Shown piece after piece: positions 19,547 through 28,097 of a DNA stretch of 37,383 nt. Position numbers and translations under genes: made by a program. The notes beneath the pieces were generated by a model, which saw only the letters and a list, made by a program, of their open reading frames with translations, was not told the DNA's origin and made no database searches. Position 1 is the stretch's first letter; every line of letters begins with the position of its first letter. Origin of the DNA: Anaerolineae bacterium (GTDB taxonomy: Bacteria > Chloroflexota > Anaerolineae > 4572-78 > NAK82); the NCBI GenBank assembly GCA_036172345.1, contig JASFBB010000039.1, forward strand, positions 1-37,383. The letters run 5' to 3'.

Positions 19547-20533
19547 TTACAACATCTTATGGGCACGGTACCAATGCCAGGCATCTGCCACTGCCTGGCG
19601 GAAAGGAGTCTGAGGCAATCCCAGCTCGCGGATCGCCTTAGAACAATTGTAATAGAAGTATTTAGCGCCCAAACGCACCTGGTCACCAGTGACTAAAGGA
19701 TCACGCGTGCGTGTCAGGGCGTTGAAGGCATCGATCAGGCGTGCCACAGCGGGCAGAGACCACACGGGCAGAGTCAGCAGCGGCGGCGGTGCGCCGGTGA
19801 CCTCGGCGATGATCTCCGCTGCGCGGCGATGGGTGAGGTTTTCGCCGCCCAGGATGTAACGCTCGCCAGTGCGACCACGCTCAGCGGCGGCGATATGCCC
19901 GGCTACCACGTCTTGTACGTGGACCAAGTTGCTGCCTCCTGGTGGTAGGATACGCAGCTGCCCACGCACCGCCGCGCGGATGGCACTGCCTGAGACGAAG
20001 TTCAGATCGCCTGGGCCAAGTACAATGGTCGGGTTAACGATCACGGCGGAGAGACCCTGTTCCACTCCGCGCTGCACCTCTTGCTCAGCCAGATACTTGC
20101 TGTGGCCGTAGACGAACCAGCGAAGCGACTCAGGCAGATGTTGTGTTTCATCCACCGGCGCATCGGGGCGCGGAGCCGGGCCGATGGCCGCGGACGAGCT
20201 GGTGTATACCAGGCGCTCCACGCCGCATTGTAGGGCGGCTTGTACCACATTGCGTGTTCCCGCGACGTTGATGCGATACACCCACTCGGCATGATTGCGC
20301 CAGTATTGTGCCACTGCGGCCACATGAAACACCAATGCACAACTCTGCATCGCTGCGCGCAACGAAGCAGAATCGAGGATGTCCCCGATAACACGTTCTA
20401 CAGGCAGGTCCTCGAGAGTGTCCAGGCGCGAGGTAGGGCGGCATAGGACACGCACGCGCTCGCCACGCTCCACCAGTGCACGCGCTAAGTTAGCTCCCAC
20501 AAACCCGGTGGCACCTGTGATCAACACTTGCAT
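19547..20533 (-). CDS. NAD-dependent epimerase/dehydratase, HpnA/dihydroflavonol reductase-like extended SDR
   Basis: TGATGFVG Rossmann motif, VFHVAA, YTSS, YGHSK catalytic YxxxK, GERYILGGEN. Start ATG 20533 follows GAGGGA. Confidence 0.88.
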   Translation of the reverse strand: MQVLITGATGFVGANLARALVERGERVRVLCRPTSRLDTLEDLPVERVIGDILDSASLRAAMQSCALVFHVAAVAQYWRNHAEWVYRINVAGTRNVVQAALQCGVERLVYTSSSAAIGPAPRPDAPVDETQHLPESLRWFVYGHSKYLAEQEVQRGVEQGLSAVIVNPTIVLGPGDLNFVSGSAIRAAVRGQLRILPPGGSNLVHVQDVVAGHIAAAERGRTGERYILGGENLTHRRAAEIIAEVTGAPPPLLTLPVWSLPAVARLIDAFNALTRTRDPLVTGDQVRLGAKYFYYNCSKAIRELGLPQTPFRQAVADAWHWYRAHKML

Positions 20534-20620
20534 AGTGTTATCCCTCACGATAAGCTATAGCAAGTTTCAACGGAGTGGATTATAGCACGCTGGGCATATG
20601 CTGTCAGAAGGGGATGGTCG

Positions 20621-20835
20621 ATCGAAGCCGTTTCTCTCGACAAGGCTGGTTGCCAGGTAGAGCGCCATCGAGGTGTCATCCGTCCACTGGCCTGGCTGAA
20701 GGTGAAAGGGTCCGCCGCCAACCATGTCGGTAAGTGGCGTGAAGCTGCCCCTGACCGAAACTCCACTGTGGTGCCGATGGCATCCCCGACGGCAAGGCCG
20801 AGAGGGCAACCGCGGAACCTGTCTTGGAGATCCAT
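20621..20835 (-). pseudogene. ADP-ribosylglycohydrolase (DraG/ARH family) 5' remnant, frameshifted and truncated
   Basis: Frame 1 MDLQDRFRGCPLGLAVGDAIGTTVEFR continues after a shift near 20752 as GSFTPLTDMVGGGPFHLQPGQWTDDTSMALYLATSLVERNGFD; similarity then stops. Confidence 0.85.
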
Positions 20836-20903
20836 TAAGCCATTATTAAATGTATATTGATGGGGGTTAACATAGCCGGTTTTGCCCGTTTTGGGGCTTA
20901 GAT

Positions 20904-20932
20904 TTGACAAGTGAGTCTCTTTGGGCTAAAAT
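20904..20932 (+). promoter_or_regulatory. sigma70 promoter of tRNA-Asp
   Basis: TTGACA (20904-20909), 17 nt, TAAAAT (20927-20932). Confidence 0.8.
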
Positions 20933-20964
20933 CTTAATGAGATTTGGAAAGGATGGATTGCTGA

Positions 20965-21037
20965 GGGGGCGTAGTGTAGCGGTTAACATGTCGGCCTGTC
21001 AAGCCGAAGATCGCGGGTTCGAATCCCGTCGCTCCCG
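20965..21037 (+). tRNA. tRNA-Asp (GTC), CCA not encoded
   Basis: Cloverleaf: acceptor GGGGGCG/CGCTCCC, D-arm GTGT/ACAT, anticodon stem TCGGC/GCCGA with loop CTGTCAA, T-loop TTCGAAT, discriminator G. Confidence 0.96.
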
Positions 21038-21039
21038 CT

Positions 21040-21080
21040 GCGGCAACTTCCCAGAAATGGAGTTGCCGCTTTTTCGTTTT
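21040..21080 (+). terminator. Intrinsic terminator after tRNA-Asp
   Basis: GCGGCAACT...AGTTGCCGC stem followed by TTTTTCGTTTT. Confidence 0.85.
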
Positions 21081-21109
21081 ATGTGCGAGCGGAATAGGGA
21101 AGATCGGTT

Positions 21110-22561
21110 ATGAAGGGATGTAGAATGTGGATGGCGATGGTGTTCACGTGGTTGGTTTTGGGGTTGTGCGCAACGCTACTAGTGTCGGGCAGCATACGGT
21201 ACGGGGGGACGCGTGAGCTGCTGTTGCGCCTGCGCCTGGAGCTGGTGTCCAGGCTACGCCCTCCTCCAGTCCCCCTTGTCCCCACGCCATTGCCGACCAC
21301 CCTTGTTGCTTCGGCAACGCGGCCAGCTCCAGCAACGGTGGTGTATCCCACAAACAATGTCGCTGCCAGGAATGCCCAGAAGGTAGATGGAGAGATATCC
21401 CCCGATGTCTTCATTGCGCGCGCGACTGTCACGCCAACAGTGGTGGATGCTTGGATGATCAACCTGCTGTCGGCGCAACCGACCTTTAGGCATGCGAATG
21501 TCATGATGGCGACTCCATCTCCCACCGCCACCCAACCTGCGGAGGGGGTGCCCCTTACAGTTACCGACCAACCACGCCCTTATTTGTCGGCAGCACCCTC
21601 TGTGCAGTTGAGCGGTATCACCCATATATGGCAGAAATGGAACAACTGTGGGCCAGCAACCTTGGCTATGTACTTGAGCTATTTTGGCATCACTCTCACC
21701 CAGGCGGAGGTTGCCGCTGCGCTCAAGCCGAACTGGGATGACAAGAACGTCAGCCCCCACGAGATGGCTGCTTTCGCTACGCAGCAGGGGCTCCACGCGC
21801 TGGTGCGTGTTAACGGCGATGCGGAACGTCTGCGTCTCCTGCTGAGCAATGGGCTGCCGGTGATGGTTGAGACGTGGCTCGAGCTGGAACCAAATAACGG
21901 TATGGGACATTATCGGTTGTTGACCGGCTATGACAATGCGCGGCAAATCTGGATAGCGTTCGATTCTTACGTGAGCACCGGCGTCAAGGCGGATGCACCA
22001 TACCAAGGGATTCAGCTCTCATATGTTGAAATAGACACTTTATGGGTTGTCTTCAATCGGACGTATCTACTACTTTTTACCGAAGAGTCGGCCCCGATTG
22101 TGACAAGCATTCTGGCTGAGGAAATGGACGATCGTGTGATGTGGGAACGCGCCCTGGCACGTGCCCAGGCCGAGATTGCAAGCCGTCCGGAGGATCCGTT
22201 TGCGCATTTCAACCTGGGCAGCGCTCTGGTCGCTCTGGGCGACTATGAGCAAGCAGCGGCCGCTTTCGATCGTGCGCGCGTGATCGGGTTGCCGTGGCGT
22301 ATGCTGTGGTATCAGTTTGCGCCCTTCCGCGCGTACTATGAGACAGGCCGCTACGACGAGCTGTTGGCTCTCGCAGATGCCACGATCGCTACGGCGGGAG
22401 AGATCGAAGAGGTGTACTACTACAAAGGCCTGGGCTTGGCAGCACTGGGACGCCAAGAAGAAGCACGCCAAAATTGGCAACGCGCTCTTGCACTGAATCC
22501 CAACTATGGGGAAGCTGTCGCGGCGCTCGCTTCTAATGCCGATGTATCCTCTTCACCGTGA
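21110..22561 (+). CDS. Membrane-anchored C39-like cysteine peptidase with TPR repeats
   Basis: N-terminal TM, P/T-rich linker, QKWNNCGPA (Cys), GHYRLL (His), FDS (Asp), C-terminal TPRs (AHFNLGSALVALGDYEQAAAAFDRA; YYYKGLGLAALGRQEEARQNWQRALALNP). Confidence 0.8.
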   Translation: MKGCRMWMAMVFTWLVLGLCATLLVSGSIRYGGTRELLLRLRLELVSRLRPPPVPLVPTPLPTTLVASATRPAPATVVYPTNNVAARNAQKVDGEISPDVFIARATVTPTVVDAWMINLLSAQPTFRHANVMMATPSPTATQPAEGVPLTVTDQPRPYLSAAPSVQLSGITHIWQKWNNCGPATLAMYLSYFGITLTQAEVAAALKPNWDDKNVSPHEMAAFATQQGLHALVRVNGDAERLRLLLSNGLPVMVETWLELEPNNGMGHYRLLTGYDNARQIWIAFDSYVSTGVKADAPYQGIQLSYVEIDTLWVVFNRTYLLLFTEESAPIVTSILAEEMDDRVMWERALARAQAEIASRPEDPFAHFNLGSALVALGDYEQAAAAFDRARVIGLPWRMLWYQFAPFRAYYETGRYDELLALADATIATAGEIEEVYYYKGLGLAALGRQEEARQNWQRALALNPNYGEAVAALASNADVSSSP

Positions 22562-22567
22562 GCACTC

Positions 22568-24166
22568 GTGAGTACATCGACCAACACACCAACGCACCAA
22601 AGCCACTTAGTGCGCAATGCTGTGTGGGTAGGTGGCTCGTTTGCCTTGGCAGCCGGGATGGGGCTGCTGCGCAATGTGCTGATTGCGCGTCAGTTCGGCT
22701 TGAGCGCTGAATTGGACGCTTATTATGCCGCATTCAAGTTACCCGACCTCTTGTTCACCGTCGTAGCGGGTGGAGCGCTGACAACCGCTTTTATCCCTGT
22801 CTTTGTCCAACTCTTGACCACAGAAGGGGTTGCGAGTGCCTGGCGGCTCGCCAGTGCCTTCACCAATTTGGCAATTCTGGCAACCGTTGCCATAGCGATC
22901 CCAATAGCATTCCTCGCTCCGTGGCTTGTGCGCATCATTATCGCCCCTGGTTTCACAGCGCAATTGCAGGAGGAGACGGCCGCGCTGATGCGGCTGGTTT
23001 TGCTTTCCACGGTGATCTTCAGTGTCAGTTCGGTGCAGACCGGTGTGTTGCATGGTTTCAAACATTTCTGGCTGCCTGCGCTGGCACCTGTAGTGTATCC
23101 ATTGGGCACGATAGCGGGCGCTGTCTGGCTTGTGCCCTTGTGGGGCATCCGTGGCCTGGCCGTTGGCGCGGTCGTCGGTGCGTGCATGCACCTGATGGTG
23201 AAGATACCGGCACTGTTACATTATCACTTCCGCTGGTGGCCTGTTTTGGACGTGCACGTGGCGGCAGTGCGGCGGGTGGTGGTGCTCTTCGGGCCACGGG
23301 TGCTCGATCTGGGGGTTTTCCATCTAACGATGCTGGCGACCACGAATCTTGCCTCGCGTTTGAGCGCTGGCAGCGTCAGCGCGCTTGAATGGGGCTGGGA
23401 CGCGATGCAGGTCCCCGAGACAATGATCGGCACCGCGTTCGGTCTGGTGGCGCTCCCCACCTTGGCCGACATGGCAGTACGCAGTGACCTGCAAGGTTTG
23501 CGCGATACGTTAGTTGGCGCCTTGCGTCTGGTGCTCGCGCTGGCGCTACCGGCTGCGTGTGTTCTAATCGTGCTGGGTCAGCCACTGCTACAACTGCTTT
23601 ACCAGCGTGGTGCGTTCGATGCTGCTGCCACCGAAGCGGTATATATCGCCCTGCGTTTCTACGCGCTCGGGCTGGTTGCCCACGTCTGCCTGGAATTAGT
23701 GGCGCGCGCATTCTTTGCGCGCCAGGATACCATCACCCCTTTACTTGCCGCGGCTGGGTCGGCAGCGTTCAACGTCTTGCTGGGCATCTTGCTAATGACA
23801 TCGTTGGGACATGGGGGGCTGGCGCTGGCAAACTCGCTGGCAGTGTCGGGCGAGGTAGTGGTGTTGTTGCTGATTCTGCGACGGTGTATTGGTAGCATAT
23901 ATGGCCGCCGGCTGTTGGACACGCTGGCACGGCTAACCCTTGCCACATCTCTAATGGCGATCACGATGTTGGTTGTGCATCGAGTGATCGACAAAACGGA
24001 CACTGCTATCACGATAATTGTGGTGAGTGTCGGTATAGGCGGGCTGCTCACCTATCTGAGCTGCGCAACGTTCCTGAAGGTGAGTCCACTTCAGCTGGCA
24101 CGCGAGCTTGCGCACTTCGGAGTTGCGCTGCATATGGATGCGGTGAAGGAGGAATATGGCGGTTAG
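22568..24166 (+). CDS. murJ: Lipid II flippase MurJ (MviN)
   Basis: GLLRNVLIARQFG, DAYYAAFKLPDLLF, GGALTTAFIPVF, LYQRGAFD, RAFFARQDTITP, GLALANSLA; about 14 TMs. Confidence 0.92.
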   Translation: MSTSTNTPTHQSHLVRNAVWVGGSFALAAGMGLLRNVLIARQFGLSAELDAYYAAFKLPDLLFTVVAGGALTTAFIPVFVQLLTTEGVASAWRLASAFTNLAILATVAIAIPIAFLAPWLVRIIIAPGFTAQLQEETAALMRLVLLSTVIFSVSSVQTGVLHGFKHFWLPALAPVVYPLGTIAGAVWLVPLWGIRGLAVGAVVGACMHLMVKIPALLHYHFRWWPVLDVHVAAVRRVVVLFGPRVLDLGVFHLTMLATTNLASRLSAGSVSALEWGWDAMQVPETMIGTAFGLVALPTLADMAVRSDLQGLRDTLVGALRLVLALALPAACVLIVLGQPLLQLLYQRGAFDAAATEAVYIALRFYALGLVAHVCLELVARAFFARQDTITPLLAAAGSAAFNVLLGILLMTSLGHGGLALANSLAVSGEVVVLLLILRRCIGSIYGRRLLDTLARLTLATSLMAITMLVVHRVIDKTDTAITIIVVSVGIGGLLTYLSCATFLKVSPLQLARELAHFGVALHMDAVKEEYGG

Positions 24167-24270
24167 AATCGCCTCTAAGGCCTATAGCCGCCCGTCTACC
24201 TGCGCGGACGAGGGCAACGGCGTCCTCGCAGGAGGACGCGTGACGGTACACCAGCCAGGTGCGACTTCAG
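24158..24270. repeat. REP-like dispersed element (family A), uninterrupted copy
   Basis: Inner inverted palindromes CGTCTACCTGCGCGGACG (24193-24210) and GCGTCCTCGCAGGAGGACGC (24220-24239); outer GGCGGTTAGAATCGCC and GCGACTTCAG. Homologous in reverse to both flanks of 10038-10240. Confidence 0.7.
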
Positions 24271-24332
24271 TTTTCGAGCTTCTTGGATGCTTGCCCTCAA
24301 ATTGAAACGCACCCTCCTTACATTACATTTCA

Positions 24333-24361
24333 TTGACTCCATAGCACACCCGTATTATAAT
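24333..24361 (+). promoter_or_regulatory. Near-consensus sigma70 promoter upstream of the sugar operon
   Basis: TTGACT (24333-24338), 17 nt, TATAAT (24356-24361). Confidence 0.75.
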
Positions 24362-24526
24362 GAGTATACCTTCTGAGCTCCCATCTGGGCGTCGTGCCCT
24401 CGCTTGGAGGCCGCGGTGATCTCTCAACCGGTAGGGCTTGACCTCTCACAGAATAAAGTCTCCGGCCATATTACTAGAGATTGCTTAAATGCACTTGACG
24501 ACAATAGCGAATAGGACAAAGGGACC

Positions 24527-25330
24527 ATGAACGTTGGAAAACTTGTACGTCTCAATCGCATCTTTTCCCATCCATCGGGGCGGCTGTGTTCCATCGCAGT
24601 CGATCACTTTATCGGATACGGTGACGGGTTGCCGCGCGGACTGCGCCGTATGAAGGAGACACTGGCTGCCGTCGTAGCGGGACAGCCGGATGCAATCACG
24701 ATGCACAAAGGCATCGCCGCGACGATGTGGACACCGTATGCTGGCCGTATACCTCTGATCATCCAGGCGATCGCCGGCCGTCCTGATGACACTGCTTATG
24801 AGCTGGTGGTCACCCCAGAGGAGGCCATCCGGCTGGGTGCCGATGCCATCGCTATCGCTGCCTTTGTGCACGGCAAAACCGAAGGGCAGCAGCTCAAAGT
24901 GGTCGCCGACTTGGTGCGCGATGCGGCTCGTTTTGAGTTGCCGGTCATATTACACATTTACCCGCGCAATCCCCAGACATTGGAGATTGTCCACACGCCG
25001 GAGGATATCGCTTGGGCAGTGCACTGTGGCTTGGAACTTGGCGTGGACGTGATTAAAGTTCCTTATTGTGGCGACATGCGAGCCCATGCCGAGATCGTTG
25101 CTGAGAGCTCGGTGCCCGTTGTTGCGGCAGGCGGTCCACGCACTGACACACTTGAAGCAGCCCTGCAAATGATGGCAGAAGTGGTTGCCAGCGGGGCACG
25201 CGGTGCCACCATTGGGCGCAACGTCTGGGGCTTTGACGGCCGGAATATCACAGCAGCAGTTCAGGCGTTCAAAGCGGTCATCCACGACGGCAAAAGTGCG
25301 CGTGAGGCGCTCGACGGCGTAGGTCTATGA
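24527..25330 (+). CDS. Class I DhnA/LsrF-type aldolase
   Basis: IAVDH, DAITMHKG, EEAIRLGADA, ELGVDVIKVPY (Schiff-base Lys), VVAAGGP, GATIGRNVWG. Confidence 0.88.
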   Translation: MNVGKLVRLNRIFSHPSGRLCSIAVDHFIGYGDGLPRGLRRMKETLAAVVAGQPDAITMHKGIAATMWTPYAGRIPLIIQAIAGRPDDTAYELVVTPEEAIRLGADAIAIAAFVHGKTEGQQLKVVADLVRDAARFELPVILHIYPRNPQTLEIVHTPEDIAWAVHCGLELGVDVIKVPYCGDMRAHAEIVAESSVPVVAAGGPRTDTLEAALQMMAEVVASGARGATIGRNVWGFDGRNITAAVQAFKAVIHDGKSAREALDGVGL

Positions 25331-26256
25331 ATGTGCGGTGGGATATCCTGGGGCTTGGGGTCGTCGCTGTGGACGACCTACTGTATGTGGAGCGCTTTCC
25401 GCGCCCTAATACCAAGACACCTATTCAGGGCCAAGAACGTCAGGGAGGCGGTCTGACCGGCACTGCCTTGGTGGCGGCAGCGCGCTTGGGCGCCCGCACT
25501 GCCTACCTCGCCATCTTGGGGGATGATACCCTCTCACGCTTCACTCTGGAAGCGCTGGAACGCGAAGGGGTGGATTGCACTCCGGTGTTACAGCATCCTG
25601 ATGCGCGTCCTGTGTATTCTGTGGTCATCGTCGATCGTTCCAGTGGCGAGCGCACCATTTTTTATACCACTAAGGGTTACATGCCTGTGCCTTCGGAGCA
25701 GATCGATGAGCAGCTGATCAGACAATGTCGCGTGCTCTTCGTGGATTACACCGCCGGCGAGGGCGGGCTGCATGCCACTATGCTGGCGCATCGCTATGGC
25801 ATTCCGGTGGTGGCGGACATTGAACAAGAACGTGCGCCGGCCATGGCCGAGCTGATCCCGCAAGTGGATCACCTGATCGTAGATGTGCAAACAGCGGCAC
25901 GGATGACCGGGGAAGCTCAGCCACCACATATGGTGCGTGCCCTGGCACGGCGTGAACGTGCTTGCTGCGTGGTGACAGTCGGCGAGAAGGGATGCTGGTA
26001 TGCCGAATGGGGGGGTGAGGTGCGCTACTTCCCAGCCTATCGCGTCGAAGCGGTAGACACCACTGGTTGCGGTGATGTCTTCCATGGCGCTTATGCGGCG
26101 TGCATCGCGCGCGGTGAGTCAGTCGCTCGAGCGATCCAGATCGCTTCAGCGACTGCCGCTCTGAAAGCAACACGGCCTGGTGGGCGCAGCGGGATTCCTA
26201 CTTGGCCCGTTGTGGAGGCGTTTCTCAACACAGTTACCCTTGTACCAAGAGCGTGA
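25327..26256 (+). CDS. PfkB-family carbohydrate kinase (YihV/sulfofructose kinase-like)
   Basis: GGGLTGTALVAAARLG, GDD, GERTIF, VTVGEKG, VDTTGCGDVFHGA; ATGA overlap with the aldolase gene. Confidence 0.88.
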   Translation: MNVRWDILGLGVVAVDDLLYVERFPRPNTKTPIQGQERQGGGLTGTALVAAARLGARTAYLAILGDDTLSRFTLEALEREGVDCTPVLQHPDARPVYSVVIVDRSSGERTIFYTTKGYMPVPSEQIDEQLIRQCRVLFVDYTAGEGGLHATMLAHRYGIPVVADIEQERAPAMAELIPQVDHLIVDVQTAARMTGEAQPPHMVRALARRERACCVVTVGEKGCWYAEWGGEVRYFPAYRVEAVDTTGCGDVFHGAYAACIARGESVARAIQIASATAALKATRPGGRSGIPTWPVVEAFLNTVTLVPRA

Positions 26257-26259
26257 TGG

Positions 26260-27273
26260 ATGGGTGATACAGGACATATCGCACGAGTGCTTCATGCAGT
26301 CCAACATCGCGAGCCGGACCGAGTGCCCTACTATATCAGCTTTACGAGTGGAGCGGCGCGCAAGCTAGAGGCGTTTTACGGCACCACCAACCTGGATGAG
26401 TTTATCGACAACGATATGGTGCGTTACTCAATCCGCCGCCCATCGCTGTACACTGAGGTGCGTCCCGGGTTCTTCCGCGAGGATTTCGGGGTGGTGTGGA
26501 ACCGCACCATCGATCAGGACATCGGCATTCCGGAAAGCTACCTGTTGAAAGAACGTTCGTTGCAAGGCTACGTCTTCCCCGACCCGCGTGATCCCCGTCG
26601 CTTCGCCGAGCTGCCCGCTTTCATCGCTGCGCATCCCACGCGTTTTCGCTTTGTCAACATCGGTTTCTCTCTGTTCGAGCGTGCTTGGAGCTTGCGCGGT
26701 ATGGCCGAGTTGTTGGTAGATATGATGGAAGCTCCAGAGTGGGTCGAGGAGCTCTTCGATGCCATCCTGGCATATAACCTGGAGCTGCTCGACGAACTAC
26801 TGCGCTATGACATCCATGGGGTGCTTTTCGGTGACGACTGGGGTCAACAGCAAGGGTTGCTCTTCAGTCCAGCCTTGTGGCGCCGCTTTCTCAAACCGCG
26901 TCTGGCCCAGATGATCGCAGTGGTTCGGCGAGCAGGCAAAGTGGCGATGCTGCATTCGTGTGGCAAAGTACAATCGCTGTTCCCAGAGCTGATCGAGATC
27001 GGCTTGCAGGTATTCAATCCGTTCCAGCCGGATGTTATGGACGTGTATGAGATGAAGCGCCAGTATGGTGATCGCCTTGCTTTCTACGGAGGGATGAGCG
27101 TTCAGAGCTTATTACCGCGCGGGACTCCTCAGCAGATCCGCGACGAGACGCGACGCCTGATGGATGAGCTCGGGCAAGGGGGTGGCTTCATCATCGCTCC
27201 GTCGCATCACATTCCGAGCGACGTCCCGGTCGAGAATATGGTGGCTTTCATCGAGGCAGTACGTGCAGGCTGA
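26260..27273 (+). CDS. Uroporphyrinogen decarboxylase/MtaA-CmuA superfamily protein
   Basis: PDRVP, FERAWSLRGMAELLVDM, GDDWGQQ, LHSCG, NPFQP, YGGMSVQSLLPRGTP, GGFIIAPSH. Confidence 0.85.
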   Translation: MGDTGHIARVLHAVQHREPDRVPYYISFTSGAARKLEAFYGTTNLDEFIDNDMVRYSIRRPSLYTEVRPGFFREDFGVVWNRTIDQDIGIPESYLLKERSLQGYVFPDPRDPRRFAELPAFIAAHPTRFRFVNIGFSLFERAWSLRGMAELLVDMMEAPEWVEELFDAILAYNLELLDELLRYDIHGVLFGDDWGQQQGLLFSPALWRRFLKPRLAQMIAVVRRAGKVAMLHSCGKVQSLFPELIEIGLQVFNPFQPDVMDVYEMKRQYGDRLAFYGGMSVQSLLPRGTPQQIRDETRRLMDELGQGGGFIIAPSHHIPSDVPVENMVAFIEAVRAG

Positions 27274-27358
27274 AATGGCTGAGATGCCACAACCCCGTGT
27301 TTTCTTGTCTGGTGATCCGTTTCATTTCACTTGAAAGTGGGAAGGGAGTGACAGGACT

Positions 27359-28000
27359 GTGCTGGACCAATTGCGCGAAGAAATCTGGCGTTTGCATTTA
27401 GAACTGCCCAAATATCGCCTGGTGACCTGGACAAGCGGTAATGTGAGTGGCCGTGACCCCGAGACCGGGTACGTTGTGATTAAACCAAGCGGTATACGCT
27501 ACGAAGACTTACGCCCGGAGCATATGGTTATTGTGACGTTGGATGGAGAGGTGGTTGAGGGCAAGTTGAAATATTCCTCCGACACGGCATCTCACCTCTA
27601 TATCTATCGCCATCGGCCGGATGTTTTTGGGATTGTGCATACCCACTCGCCCTACGCCACGGCGTTTGCAGCCGTGGGACAATCGATCCCAGTCTATCTG
27701 ACCGCCATCGCTGATGAATTCGGTGGTGCCATCCCATGTGGTGGTTTTGCGCTCATCGGTGGTGAGGAAATTGGCCGCGTCGTGGTGGAGAATATTGGCT
27801 CGTCGCCTGCCATCCTGCTCAAGAATCACGGTGTCTTTACCGTCGGTCCGACCCCGGAGGCGGCGGTCAAGGCGGCGGTGATGGTGGAAGATGTCGCGCA
27901 CACGGTGTGGATTGCCAAGCAATTAGGTGAGCCAGATATCATTCCCGACGATCTGGTGCAAAAACTGCGCAAGCGTTACGCCACCGAGTATGGACAGTGA
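27359..28000 (+). CDS. araD: L-ribulose-5-phosphate 4-epimerase / class II aldolase-epimerase
   Basis: LVTWTSGNVS, IKPSG, SSDTASH, VHTHSPYATAFA, LLKNHG, C-terminal YGQ. Confidence 0.82.
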   Translation: MLDQLREEIWRLHLELPKYRLVTWTSGNVSGRDPETGYVVIKPSGIRYEDLRPEHMVIVTLDGEVVEGKLKYSSDTASHLYIYRHRPDVFGIVHTHSPYATAFAAVGQSIPVYLTAIADEFGGAIPCGGFALIGGEEIGRVVVENIGSSPAILLKNHGVFTVGPTPEAAVKAAVMVEDVAHTVWIAKQLGEPDIIPDDLVQKLRKRYATEYGQ

Positions 28001-28097
28001 TCGTCTAGTCTTTTTAGGACTTAGTGGGGAATCAGTGGGAAAATGCGCCGCTGGGCATAAATGCCCCGAGGTTTTTCATCACCGTTAAAAAAGGATA

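Noticed and set aside
20965-21080. tRNA-Asp as an island or prophage attachment site
   Set aside because: No integrase, no duplicated tRNA 3' end seen, and the native terminator follows immediately.
26260-27273. Calling this gene hemE
   Set aside because: It lacks the HemE N-terminal W.MRQAGR signature and there is no tetrapyrrole gene context.
28023-28043. AGTGGG direct repeats as MraZ boxes
   Set aside because: Only two copies, an 11-nt period and no dcw genes downstream.
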